Program-made: the position numbers and the translations under genes | The notes under the pieces: generated by a model | Seen by the model: the letters and a program-made list of their open reading frames with translations, nothing else | Databases searched by the model: none | What the model was told of the DNA's origin: nothing | Shown here: positions 35,900-48,020 of the stretch, piece after piece | Layout: each line of letters starts with the position of its first letter | How positions within the stretch are numbered: the stretch's first letter is position 1 | Source of the DNA: Neoechinorhynchus agilis | Lineage: Eukaryota; Animalia; Acanthocephala | Direction of reading: 5' to 3' | Assembly (NCBI GenBank): GCA_051530055.1 | Contig: CM121342.1 | Span: 14,957,480 to 15,021,479, forward strand | Length of the DNA stretch: 64,000 nt

Positions 35900-38800
35900 A
35901 TTTTATAATTCGTATAAAAAAGAAGCTTTGAAAACTTTCACGATTGAAGCAATTACTCTAAGCTACTTTAAAGATTTTCTTCGCCCAAAAAAGTTACAAA
36001 ACTCCAGAGATTTTCAAATAAAGAAATTACTCCAAACCAAATTTCGTACAATGATATCGTTCTTTGCGACAGATGGTAAAAAAGTGTTTTGTGAGTTACT
36101 TCATTCTATGGGGGTGGAATTCCAGGATATATCAAGGAAGGTTAACTTTCTAATGTATAACCCGCCGTTAAATCTAACTAAGGAGGATTTTGATGAAATT
36201 GAACGGGAAAAGGGTTTCGCTCCAAACAAATATTTATAGGTGAAGGTTAGTCAGATCCCATTTGCTATTCCTTGTTCGGCGTCGGTGGATGTCGCATGTA
36301 ATCTGGTTGGTAGATCGATGGGGCTTATTTCGTTCTGGGTAAGGTTCTCAGAAATTAAGGAAGGGAATATTCATGATTACATTTTAACCCAATGTGGGAA
36401 GTGCAGCCAGTAGGGACACATATCCTATCAGTGCGACCGGGAAGATAAATGTGTGCTCTGCGCAGGAAATCATAGGAAAGAAAATTTCAAAAATAAAAAA
36501 AATAAATGTGCCAACTGTGGAGGAGCGCACCCGGCCTATAAGCGATTCTGCCCCTCAGCGGTTGAATATTTTGAATCGGCAAGGAATATTCAGGCTTCAG
36601 CTAAGAGGAATAACTTCTCTCAAAAGAGAGATAGATGCTTCAAAATGAGGAATCAATATCAAATATCGGACAGATATCAAAATGACACTGTAGTTCAAGC
36701 GAAAAATACTCTTAGAAATAGAAAAGCTAAGAGCGGAAAAACAACTTCTAAAAGAAATGTTAGAGAACACGAACGAACTTAAAGGAAAGTTTAAGCACCA
36801 CTAAGAAATTTGACAGCTGTTTGGAAGGAAAGTCGGGGATGAACAAGGAAAACAGTTCGTGTCAGGTAAGAGAAAGGGTAAGAGGGGAATAGGATATCCC
36901 AAAATGGACTCTCGGCCCAAACGAATCAATAGAAATAGTTTTAGCGATAAAAACGATAAAACCGAATGACAGCAACTATAAATATCGTTACATTTAATGC
37001 GTCGAGAGCGGCCCAACTAACGAGAGCAACTCTTAAACAATTACTGAAATTTGACTTGAAATGTATCTTTTTTCAGGAGACGGGTGATAAACCTATAATG
37101 AATTGCGGCGCAAACTTTGAGTGTTTTATTTTGAAGCCACTTTTCAATCAAAACAGTAACAATATAGGCTTTTCGGGAGGACTCCAAACGTTTATACATA
37201 AAGACCTGAAGTCCCAAATGTTATTTCAAATAAAGTTAGCGGAGTACGCAATTCAGTTCATTAAGATTTAAAATCTATTGTTAGAAAACAGTTCAGATCT
37301 TATTATATGCATTATATACATTTCCCATAGGAAAGTAGGACTTTTTATTAAGAAAACGATGTCTTGGTTTCTCTTTTAAGCTTCATATATGGTTGCCGCA
37401 GATTTTAACTCTAACGGACTAAGCAGTTTCCGCTCGCATTTTGAGGACTACAATATATTTTCAACAGAGGAACCCTCTTTTCACCATTACACACGAAGGT
37501 CGCATTCATATCTAGATGCGCTGGTAGTAAAAAGGGACATTCCTATAATTTTTTAAGGCCGTTAAACAAACTCAAGTGCAGCCGGTTATGGGGTATGATT
37601 TCATTGTGTTCTCCTCCGTCCTAAAACGGTGAGTAATTTCAATCAATCCATAAAATCTAGTTTGTGGAACGCTAATGTTGTCTCCCTGAATGATTTTAAT
37701 ACGATTTTATCTGAGGCGGCTTCAACGTGTTGGAAAAAGAAGGTAATGGTGAGAAAGCATATAAGGTGCAAAGAAGCAAATAGGTTGATGAGGCAGGTTA
37801 TTATTGCGGAACTTCATCAAGATATGGAATATGCTAAAGGTCTACGGGGAGAATTTTATAGGCAGCTTTATTGGGATCAAGTTGGTGAGGACAAAAAGAG
37901 ATTAGAAGGAGTCGTAGGTTTGTCGAAACAATCCTGGGACCTAGTCCTTCAAAGGAAATTTGTTGATTGGATGCTTAAGGCGGCGAAATGGATAGGTGAA
38001 GTCTCTTATCCTGTGGTAGTAAAACATATTTTATCTAATCACATTTTTAAGATATCTTTTTCGCCATCTGGTGAGTTTCGTGATTGTGAAAAATGGAATT
38101 GGGGACTTTCCAATAACGATTGCTCGGTTTATTGGAGGTATGCTGCTTCCAAAGCCCATAATTCACACGCATGTTCGCCCAAAACCTTCAACGCGGTTGA
38201 CAAGGAGAATCAAGAATTGTTTTTAACTAAATTTCGGAGACGAATTGATTTCCATGATCTGTTAAATATTAATATTGTTAAAAAAATTACTCTTCCAAAA
38301 GATAAGAAGAAAGTGATCAGTTCCCCCTCGGATATCAGAATGATATCGATTCAAAACCCCTTAATATCTTTTTTAGAGAAGGTAGTTAATAGAAATCGTT
38401 CGGAAATTCTGAACAAGAAAAAATGCTTTCTTAATTACTTTCACGGTTTTATCGCAGGCAGAGGGGTACACTCTCTCCTGTCAGATCTATATGAAATGAA
38501 TAATAAATATGGGTTTACGAACAAAGTTTTGTTGCAACTGGATCTCAATAAGGCTTTCGATTCATAGATCGTAAGGTGATCTATGAGGCGCTAAAGTATT
38601 TTAAAGTACCGAAAAATATTCAAGATAAAATTAAAGCCTTGTTAGAGTAAAAGTCCTATTATTTCGACCTTGATCCTGGTCAAACAACGTCCTTCTCTTG
38701 AGTGGGTGTTCCCCAAGGGTCACCTTTATCTCCCACGCTGTTTGTTTTAACTTTTGTATTCTTATTTCTTTTATAATCCCTCTCAATGATTCAGCTGGCT

Positions 38801-39490
38801 CCAGGAAAGCCTTAGCTGTTGCAATTAAAGCTGATGTTAGTTTATCGTCAGTTGGGGTCGCATATTGTACAAGAGTACTGGGGATAAATTTTCCTTCTAC
38901 TCGTCGCCGAACGTGCTTTAATACTTTCTTGAGTAGTCATTTTTATAAACTAAATTCTTTGATTCGGTGAGCTCCCCGTATTGGGGTAGCTGATAAAAGC
39001 CTGGTCAGTCCGTTAAAAACCTATTCCGCAAGAGTTTTATTTTTTTTCGCATCAACTAAATAGCCTCAATTATAGAAAAAATGTTAAGAGCCGTTCGTTA
39101 TTTCTTTTTGTTTGTTCTTTCTATAATATCCATGATAAATGTACTTCCCTAAGAAAGTTTTGTTATTTAGCTACAAACTATTCAGCCAGGTGCAGGGAAA
39201 GGAAGTCCTGTACCTTTATAGGCTGTAGAGTATGCTGGAGTATCTCGCAGGAGATATTCTTTTGGTATTTCCATTTTTTGTTATCGTACTCTGGTCTCCT
39301 AGGTTCGAGGATCAGCCATAGGAAGAGATCGGGATGCGATGCAAAAGGAAAATAAGGCAATAATTGAAGGGTATGGACTAGTAACTCATCTCTCAAATAC
39401 GACGATAGAATCGAGTCTTGTAAGCGCCTTACCCAAATAAGTAAATAAGATTGAAGCGCCTTACCCAAATAAGTAAATAAGATTGATGTC
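35900..39490 (+). mobile_element. I/Jockey-group LINE (gag-like CCHC ORF1, APE-RT ORF2), degenerate; 32-nt tandem duplication near the 3' end (39422-39485)
   Basis: QCGKCSQ*GH..CVLCAGNH..CANCGGAHPA; IVTFNA..FFQET; IRMISIQN..FHGF..QLDLNKAFDS. Confidence 0.8.
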
Positions 39491-39631
39491 AGTACGTTTA
39501 AATACAAAATTCGAATTATTGAAACATGCTTGCAATAAATTTTTTAGCATTTGTGTGTTTTTATTCGATGATCTGTCTCGCCGTAGCCCATGATATTAAG
39601 TAACAGAATTACACTTCTTTAGAAAAACAAT

Positions 39632-41632
39632 TCATTTTTCTAAGTACCATAATTTACTTTTCCGCCGTTCCAAATAACCATATCGCGTGTTAAATATACT
39701 TTGAATATTTGTGTTACTAACATCAAGATGAGTTAGTGTTGAGCTTTTCATCAAAGGACGAATATATAGATGTCGAATCGGATTGTTTGAGATATTCAAT
39801 AACCTGATGTTTTGTAGGTGAATAAAGGCGTTGTACGGCAGTTCGTAAAGTTCATTATAAGCAAGATTTAGGAAAATTAAATTATTGAGACTGAAAAACA
39901 CGTCCAAGGCATCGATGTCCCTCAACCGATTGTGAGCGAGATCGAGTATTTTCAGTGAGTTGCAATTAATGAACGAATACGGAGTAATTTCCCAAATTTT
40001 ATTAAATTGAAGGCAAAGAAATTGGAGGCGCGGAAACGAGGTAAAGTCCTCATTGTCAATAGTCGATATATCATTTTGACTAATATCCAGGGAGATCCTC
40101 TCTTGCCCTTTGATGTATTTGTCAACGTACCGAATTCTTGTGAGGTTTTTCTTTGTAACCACAGTCACTTTCGTCGATTTCTTTTTATCACTGAATAGAA
40201 AATAGGTTTCTAGGGCTTCTCGAGTAGGAACTGGAATAAATTCTGAGAGGAGAACAAACTCCATGTAAGTGTAATTGATCCTCGCTTTATTCGGAAAGAT
40301 AAATGTTAGAGGATTATCGCTCACAATTAAGTGCCAAAATAAGTTTGGAGGCAAGTTAATTATATCCAAGTTTCGGGGTTGATTTGAGGACAGATTGAAA
40401 TGATCATGAAATTCAACGTCACTAAATAAATTCGGAGGTAAACTCACAATGCCATTTTGAGAGATGGAGAAACGTCTTAGTAGAATGTTGTTCTTAAGGA
40501 TGTTACCGTCTATGCTGGATAGCTTGTTTCCATCGAGAAACAAGTCGGTGAGGTACCTTAGCAAAGAAAATGCATTTTCGTGGATATACTCAATAATATT
40601 AAGTGAGAGATTCAATCGTTCTAATCTTCTCCACGTTTGAAAATCTGATTTGTAAATAATCATGATTTGGTTTTGGGATAATGACAAAGATTTCACCGAA
40701 GTGTCTGTTGCATTATTTCCAGTAGGAACTGACTCCAATCTTCCATCCAAAATGCCGATATGTGCAAGTCGTGAAATCCACTTTAAATTGCTCAGATTCA
40801 AATATAGAGTTGTTCCACCGCGTACTACAAATTCCCGTAAATTGCAAGAACTAAATTTTTCTTGGAAGATGTATTCTAACTCGGCATCCCACGAAATTTC
40901 CAGTACTCTTAATTTTCTAAGTAGGCCAATACGTTTTAAATCATTTCTTTTCAATATATTACCATGGATTCGAATTTCATTCCATTGTAGATTTTCCCAG
41001 AAGTCATTCTTCGGCAAAGTAAGGCTTTGAATATAGTTGTAAGAAAGATCAATGCGCCTTAATGTTTTCATATTTTCCATTACAATAAGATTTCGATGGT
41101 CCAATTTGTTATGGGCAAGAATCAAAGATTGCAATCGCGGTAGATGTCTACTGAGAATCCCATTGATCGAGACCAAAGAGTTAAATGTCAAGTCAAGATT
41201 AGTTAAATAATAAAATCCTTCAAATGCGCCCTTTTCAATCTCGTCAAATCCAGCATTTAAAATCCTTAGACTTTTAGCGTGCTTAAATTTGCTTATAATT
41301 TGTTTCGTTAATTTTCGGTTCTGTCCAAAATTATTTTTGCACTGTATCTCAACATATTGAGCATCTTGATAGTTTTCGTCAACTATATCCTTCATTTGTT
41401 GAAGGGGCACGCCGTTGATTATAATTGCAGGTTGAGGAAGGGGTATCCCCATATCTCGCCTGTCTTTAAACGGAAGTGAACAAAGTTCACCGAATGGATT
41501 TGTTGCATTATTAGGTAAACCAACAAATTTGACTATGGGAACAGAATTCGTATGTCCATTCGAATATCGATCTCCACGGGTTACTGTTGAGACAGTAAAT
41601 ATGAATAGAAGGACTCTAGGATTTTTGAGCAT
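39632..41632 (-). CDS. Secreted LRR protein, paralog 2 (666 aa)
   Basis: Near-identical to paralog 1 over the central region; intact ORF. Confidence 0.85.
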   Translation of the reverse strand: MLKNPRVLLFIFTVSTVTRGDRYSNGHTNSVPIVKFVGLPNNATNPFGELCSLPFKDRRDMGIPLPQPAIIINGVPLQQMKDIVDENYQDAQYVEIQCKNNFGQNRKLTKQIISKFKHAKSLRILNAGFDEIEKGAFEGFYYLTNLDLTFNSLVSINGILSRHLPRLQSLILAHNKLDHRNLIVMENMKTLRRIDLSYNYIQSLTLPKNDFWENLQWNEIRIHGNILKRNDLKRIGLLRKLRVLEISWDAELEYIFQEKFSSCNLREFVVRGGTTLYLNLSNLKWISRLAHIGILDGRLESVPTGNNATDTSVKSLSLSQNQIMIIYKSDFQTWRRLERLNLSLNIIEYIHENAFSLLRYLTDLFLDGNKLSSIDGNILKNNILLRRFSISQNGIVSLPPNLFSDVEFHDHFNLSSNQPRNLDIINLPPNLFWHLIVSDNPLTFIFPNKARINYTYMEFVLLSEFIPVPTREALETYFLFSDKKKSTKVTVVTKKNLTRIRYVDKYIKGQERISLDISQNDISTIDNEDFTSFPRLQFLCLQFNKIWEITPYSFINCNSLKILDLAHNRLRDIDALDVFFSLNNLIFLNLAYNELYELPYNAFIHLQNIRLLNISNNPIRHLYIRPLMKSSTLTHLDVSNTNIQSIFNTRYGYLERRKSKLWYLEK

Positions 41633-42799
41633 TTGCGGATGTGACTCACAAAATTTTCACACCCACGAAATTCTCGGTATTAAAGACTGAAAGTGAGTCT
41701 ATCCATCGTCATCGCATTCTTAGCTTTCACTGTAGAGATTGAAAGTAAAAAGTATTCGTTCAAAAGAGCTGCGAAGCACATACTTAAATAGGTTTAATCA
41801 CGAATAGCGTTTTCAAACGCTAACACGTTTTCCTTTAGTACCGCTTCAAAGATTTACCCCGTAAACGATGAAGTGTAGCCATCATTGCAGGGAAACATTT
41901 TAACAAAAAAGTTCTCCAAGACTCTTATTTTGACTTTTTCTCTTCATTATATACAAAGAACTAGAACTTGATTCGAAAGCACTTTTCCTTAATATCATTC
42001 CGTTGCTGGGTTCTTATTTAAGCGAGTTATACCGTTGAAAACAGTTGAAAATCCCCGAACTGATCAACTTGCGGTTGATCAAATACGAATCTAGAAAGGC
42101 TGAAATCTGCTGGACCTGCTATTTTAAACCTTAGAGCCTGGATAGAGCAACCACCTTACTAAAAGATTGTGTAAACTAAGAGGAATACGGATTGTAATCC
42201 GAAGGGTGGTGCTCAACCAAAGGGACGGGTTTACTTCTTCACTGAACCTGTTGTTTTTCTACCTTTGTAGATCGCGCGTGTTTTTTTCGAGACCGTTAAT
42301 GATTAAAACTGTGAAATATTGGTCAAAAATACGCATTCACAGTTGAAAAGCTTTCAAACAACCTTTATAAATGCACGATATTTTGCCGAAATATTTCATT
42401 TAATAAAACTCCTAAACTGACATGAATAATTCAATCAAGGGCAATCTTAATAACTATTCGTCGACGATTTTATCTAGTCGCTCGCAATTTTTCATCATGG
42501 GAATAACTTGTCGGATCCAAAACCGAAACGGCTCATATTTCTAACAAACAACACACAAATAATTTCATCTACTGTTTTTATTCAGTGTTGATATATGCAG
42601 CACCATTAATTTACAGACGAAATTTGTCTTAAAAGAAAAAATGAAGAACGAAAACTTGACATCGTAGGGTAATTAGATATTTTGAACGATCGAACTTCCG
42701 ATGGGAAAAAAGGTCCATTGAATCGGAGATACATCCCGAACACTTTTTCTGAGTCTCATAGCTATTTCTGCGAAGAAAAATAGTTGGATGCCCCTTTTG

Positions 42800-43100
42800 T
42801 GACCAATCATTTTAATGGCTTCAAAAATTCTTCGGTGCTTTTTGTTCCGACGGCATAAATTGTCTTAATAACGAGAGCGAGGTTGAAAATTGTGCAGTGA
42901 CGTATCGAGGCATTTGTATTTCTTCCTTTTTCGGAGTCCTCACCAATTCACCGACTTCTGGAACTACAAGGGACAAGTTGATCTTATCAATCGTATTCGG
43001 GCGAGTGCAGTTCCAAGGAAACAGTTTCCTATCGAACTGTTGATGAGCTGTACGATCTTCCCCGTCATCTCTACTCAAACCAACTGGCTTGGACATAATT
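42800..43100 (-). mobile_element. CRE-clade 3' fragment
   Basis: KPVGLSRDDGEDR...LFPWNCTRPNT resembles the RLE region. Confidence 0.6.
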
Positions 43101-43704
43101 CTAATTTCAAGGTTTGGCCTTTTATCACACGGCTAATAATTTTTGGGCACACAGCCCACCGACCGAAAGGGGACGAAATACCGCTGAAGGGAGGAAACTC
43201 ACCGATGAGTCCCGCCTCCTGGAGGTATCTGAGGATCCGGAGGAAAGTACAAACTCGTGCCGGATGGTTCAGTGCATTGAGTAATTGAATTACTACTCTG
43301 AACCAGGTCGGTGGGGTTGTGTGCCTAAAAAAAATTAACAGCCGCGTTATAAAAAGGCCACACATTGATATAAGTTACCGGCTGGCCAATTTTTCATAAA
43401 AATAGTTATAATTAATCATATCAAGAAGATCCTTCGGGATGTAAACATTGGAAGGTCGCGAGGAAACCCAGCCCAATCAGGCATTGTTAAAAATAATTCC
43501 TATTACTTTTTTTAGAAATATATTTGAATCCCCGCTTCTGCTTCAAAAAATACATTTAACTTTTATGTTGTTTTAGTTGTTAATTTGCCTAAAACCTAAA
43601 GCAGTTTTATTTGTTGATTAAAGCTGAATTGTGATTGGTCATTTTGCCGCCAGTGCATTTCGTTCTAGAGAGTCCTAATCTTGTCCATAAGATTTTTAAC
43701 GAAA

Positions 43705-45382
43705 ATGTCAGTTGTGCTGGAGACAACAATCGGTTGTGTAACAATTGATCTTTACTACCGGGAGCGTCCTATATGCACGTTCAACTTTCTGAAGCTTTGC
43801 GAACGTGGATGCTATTATCTGAGCCGTTTTCATAGTCTACAGCCGAATTTTATAGTCCAAACTGGCCGCCCGTTTAACCCTAAAAATGCCGGTGAAGACG
43901 AAACCGGGAAATCCGTGTTCGGAATGCTTGATCAGGAGTACGGTGACTTCTTTCCAATTGAACGCTCCTCCATCCTAAAACATAATTCTATTGGTACCGT
44001 ATCGATGGTTAACGATGGAACTGATCGTCTAGGATCGCAGTTTCTCATAACCCTCTCGCCGAAATGCGATTACCTCGATAAAAGACACTGTGTTTTTGGA
44101 ATTGTTTCTGAGGATCCTGATAATGTTATTGCCAAATTCAATAACACAGTGCATTTCAATTCAAAGACTAATGAACCTATTCAGGATGTTCGGATTCTTT
44201 ATACTGTTGTGCTTTATGATCCGTTTGCCGAAACTGATTCAATTTGGTTGGATTTATTTTGGTATTTAATGTCGGATCATGGACGGTGTAGTAGCAGAGC
44301 AGCCAATGTTTCATAAACGTTTCGCTCTTAAACAAGTTTTAGTAGATTTAATTTCCGGTTCCTCGCTCCTTTTTACTTTTATATTGGAAAGTTGCAATGA
44401 TATAATCTGTTTGCATCTGGCGTAAAAATTAAAAGGATTTATTGGTTCCGATATTTTAGCGGCACAATCTTATTAATCTAATCGACTAGAATTTACAACT
44501 TTGATAAAGGCACAAGATTGCGCCGCCGAAATATCGGAATCAATAAATACTTTTAATTTTTACATTAGATGCAAACATGAACATTTCAATCTTCAAACAA
44601 TGATATAATCAATAAGAAGGTTAAGTTTTGTAATTCATCATTTAGTGAAAAATAAAGATGCAAGTCTACATCTTAGACTTCCTTTTAATCCGATCGGTTG
44701 AATAAATGAAGACAAACAGGCGAGACTACCTCGCCCTTCACACTTTTCTTATCTGAAAAACATTGCCTCGGAATTAACCGCACTAGATTCGTTAAGTTTT
44801 ACTGTTGATGATATGATATCGCATCTAAAGCAATTATCCCGAAAGGGATGTGCACTTGGTGTTGACGAGATTATCAATGAAACTAGTGGTCTTGCCCCTG
44901 ACGAAATAGAAGAGCTGAAGGAGGAACGGGAGGCTCGTGCGAGAGCTCACGTCCTCGAAATGGTTGGTGATTTGCCAAGGGCTGATATTGTTCCTCCCGA
45001 AAACATATTGTTTGTTTGTCGATTGAATCCAGTGACAACTGAAGAGGATTTAAGGATTATCTTTAATCGGTTTGGGACAATAATCACTTGTGATATTGTC
45101 CGAGATCAGAAGACCGGTGACTCTCTATGTTATGCTTTTGTTGAATTTAGTAAAAAGGAAGAGTGTGAAATGGCCTAAGTCAAAAGTCCTTTTTGTAGTA
45201 TGGGAGATCTCTTTATTTACAACAAGGACGTTTTGCCTTATATGAAAATGGATAATGTGTTAATCGACGATCGTCGTATACATGTGGATTTTTGTCAATC
45301 TGTAGCCAGATACAACTTTGAGAGAAAACGGAGACCTCGGAGAGACGAGTATGTGTGTATCAAACGTTCTAGAGGCGATTAA
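43705..45382 (+). CDS. PPIL4: Cyclophilin-RRM protein; exons 43705-~44241, ~44720-45177, 45241-45382
   Basis: [31 protein letters not shown]; [32 protein letters not shown]|[23 protein letters not shown] (human [27 protein letters not shown]). Confidence 0.95.
44418..44568. mobile_element. MITE family B inside PPIL4 intron 1
   Basis: AAAAATTAAAAGGATTTATTGGTTCCGATATTTTAGCGGCACAATCT ... AGATTGCGCCGCCGAAATATCGGAATCAATAAATACTTTTAATTTTT. Confidence 0.8.
45178..45240 (+). other. Putative non-canonical foldback intron (AG..TA), 63 nt
   Basis: GCC TA|AGTCAAAAGTCCTTTTTGTA...TACAACAAGGACGTTTTGCCT-TA|T ATG AAA; ~18/21 IR with exact AG/CT termini and a TA duplication. Confidence 0.85.
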
Positions 45383-46025
45383 GTCTTGTGACCATTTCGC
45401 AGTTGTTCCTGAAGGAATCTGAACATTTGTGTCATCGGTGTGACATCAAAGATTTGGCTTATTTTGTTAAACTTTTCGCAGCAGTCGTCACTTCTTCAGA
45501 TATTTCCTTAAAAACATATCATACGGCTGTAATTTCGAGACTTTTTCGGAATAATTTTAGTTCAAATAGTGACGTCACGCTAACTAGATTATTGGTTGAA
45601 TGATTATTCGATCTAAATAAAATTCGCTAATAGAACCCAGGAGTAAAACAGCGATTAAAACTCCATTATTTCTACATAAAATACTGATTTCTACGGTGTG
45701 ATTTGTGAACCTATATCTCTTTTTTAAATGATGCAATGAAATCATTTTTGCTTATTAGGTCTTACAGGACCTTGAATGATTAAATTTTCGATGCAAAAGG
45801 TCAATGCTTTAATTTACGAATTTCGCAGCATGACATTTTTCACTTTATAGAGAGCGTTCAAATACCAAATTCCTCGTCATTGCACAATCTAAATCTTTCT
45901 TAGACGCAGATCACCTGCATGATTTACTCATTGTCGTTTAGAGAATTTCTTAGGCGGAAATGGTGTTCAAACTTCATCTTGGAATATTGTTTAAAATGAT
46001 CAACTACGACTGATCAATGTTTTAG

Positions 46026-47790
46026 ATGTATGTAGATTGCAACTTGTCAACGAAATTGGGCGTCGAAACGGATGAAGAGAGAAAATGCGAATTGTATTCT
46101 TTAACATACGGCTTCGATTTTGATTGTGTGAACTTGAACACGCAAAGCCGTCATAGATCCATGTTCAATGTTTTCGATATGGACATCAATGATTGCATGA
46201 AAGATTTTATACCCAAAGAGATGCGAAAGTTACGCAGAATCTATTCTGAAGCGCTCGTCGATTCCTCAACTTTAAATATCGTTGCCAAAATTCTTCTCAA
46301 GGAAGTCAGCGAAAAGCCGGTGGTATTTTTATTTCAAGAAAACGCCTGTGATTCCGCGCTTGTCTTTCTCGAAGCCCTTCTCAAATTTCTGAGATGCGAT
46401 AACTCAAATATTGATGGAAAATTTCTTTTTATTAGGAAAAACGACTTAAGAGATTGTCTAGTACGTTATTGTCTACAGGATCTGAGCATCCACCCAGTTG
46501 CGTTAACATTGAATCGGCTTGTAAGACCGACTCGACAATGCTGTTTGGCTATAGGTCCTAAAGAAAAAATGAGTTCAAAATTAATTTGCAATCGTTCGGA
46601 ACTTGTTTGCCAACTATATAAGGAGTATACGGTGTCGTGGTTCCGCTTATCCATTTTTCGCGGTGATCGATGGAATTCTGCGAACATGCGAGAAGCAATC
46701 ATGGCATTGGTTCCGCGCTTATCTTTTGTCTCATTGGGTTTCGATCTGGAGAGCTTTGCAGTGACCGATATAGATACGAAAGTTGAGCTAAAGGAATGTT
46801 TTCGACGGGTTTGGTATGGCGGTGGATATCCATTAGTTTCACTTCTTAGCAGAACGAACTACAACTGTGCCTTGTTTCTTGTCGCCGTGTTTGCCGTGAC
46901 CAAGTGCGACATTAGTATCTAAAGTGTTGCGCAAAATTTTTGGCTTGTGAATTGAAGATTTAATCGAAAAGAAGTTTTCCGCTTAATTTATAGTTTTTGT
47001 GTAGAAACAAATTCTTGCAATTTAATAAATTTTAGGGATATCATTAGCACGCAGTCTGGTGCACCAATGCAATTCCACAAACTTTTCTAGCGAAATTTTT
47101 CAGACTTTCTAATAATGCGCGCAATACTTACTTAATCTCATCATTAATCCATCTTTGAAAGCTGATCGCGATATCATCGAGCCATTAATCGACAATCTTA
47201 GTAAATTGCTCATTGTTGATGATCCAGCTAATGAATTCGTCGATAAAACTGGAAGGGTTTTGGAGAACATGGGTATAGTGAATGTGGTTGATAATAATGA
47301 GAAAATGGGATATCCGCTGATTCTTGACGAAATAGACGATGGTGTGGGTAAATCTAAGTCAGGATCTGTCGTATATGAAATCGATTTGAGTGAAAGTGAC
47401 GATTATGCATACGCTCTACTGCTTGTTAATACGATTTTACCTCTAATCGAGGCGCAGAGCTTCATTCTAAAAAGACTCGGAACATATAAGGAGAACGATC
47501 TTGTTTCCTTTAAGGATCTCATCGATATATCAGACATATCTGCTAGATTCCAAGAAGCAGTCTCCAAAGAGCTACTGAGCTTCAGTCTCGACTTTCAACT
47601 TTTCCGAAATGTTGACTGTCCTTTAAGTGCAATTCGGCTGTTCAATCATTCCTCAAACATCGAAGAGGATGTAGTATCAATCAATAAGGAATCTGCGTAT
47701 TTCAAAAACCTTGAATCGCAAGCAAAGAATTGTTTGATACACACAAGGTATCTGAATACCTTCTTAAGTGAACAAAAAGTAAAATCTTAA
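46026..47790 (+). CDS. Unidentified protein, probably two exons (46026-~46920 and ~47132-47790)
   Basis: Two long ORFs; the second lacks an early ATG; they are separated by a ~211-nt IR-bounded insert; no domain recognised. Confidence 0.55.
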
Positions 47791-48020
47791 TTGCTTGTTT
47801 ATGGCGGAAAATTTGAAGGAATTTATTAATACCGATATTTCGGTACAATATCGTACCTTTATCAAATTCTAAAAACACGCGTAGGGGATGGTTGAATTCA
47901 CAGTGTAGTTAGATTCAGTTTGAAGTTCGCCTTATTCCCTTCACTGTTTCAACTTCGCAATTATTACGTCGACTTTTGAAGTAGATAAAATGAGTGATAC
48001 ATCGTCTAGAAGTGTTGTCT

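Larger units (their letters stand above)
39521..43990. repeat. Segmental duplication unit A (LRR2 + spacer + PPIL4 promoter and 5' CDS); partner B ~53098-60705
   Basis: Collinear blocks 39521-42400/53098-55970, 42458-42560 plus 43053-43100/57085-57250, and 43415-43990/60090-60705. Confidence 0.85.

Noticed and set aside
44752-44826. Possible 72-nt in-frame intron between ATCT direct repeats in PPIL4; removal would match the human linker length
   Set aside because: No inverted repeat, no stop, and the linker is variable; cannot be supported without cDNA.
45346-45372. Possible 24-nt GT-AG micro-intron near the PPIL4 3' end
   Set aside because: In frame, very short, and there is no homology evidence either way.
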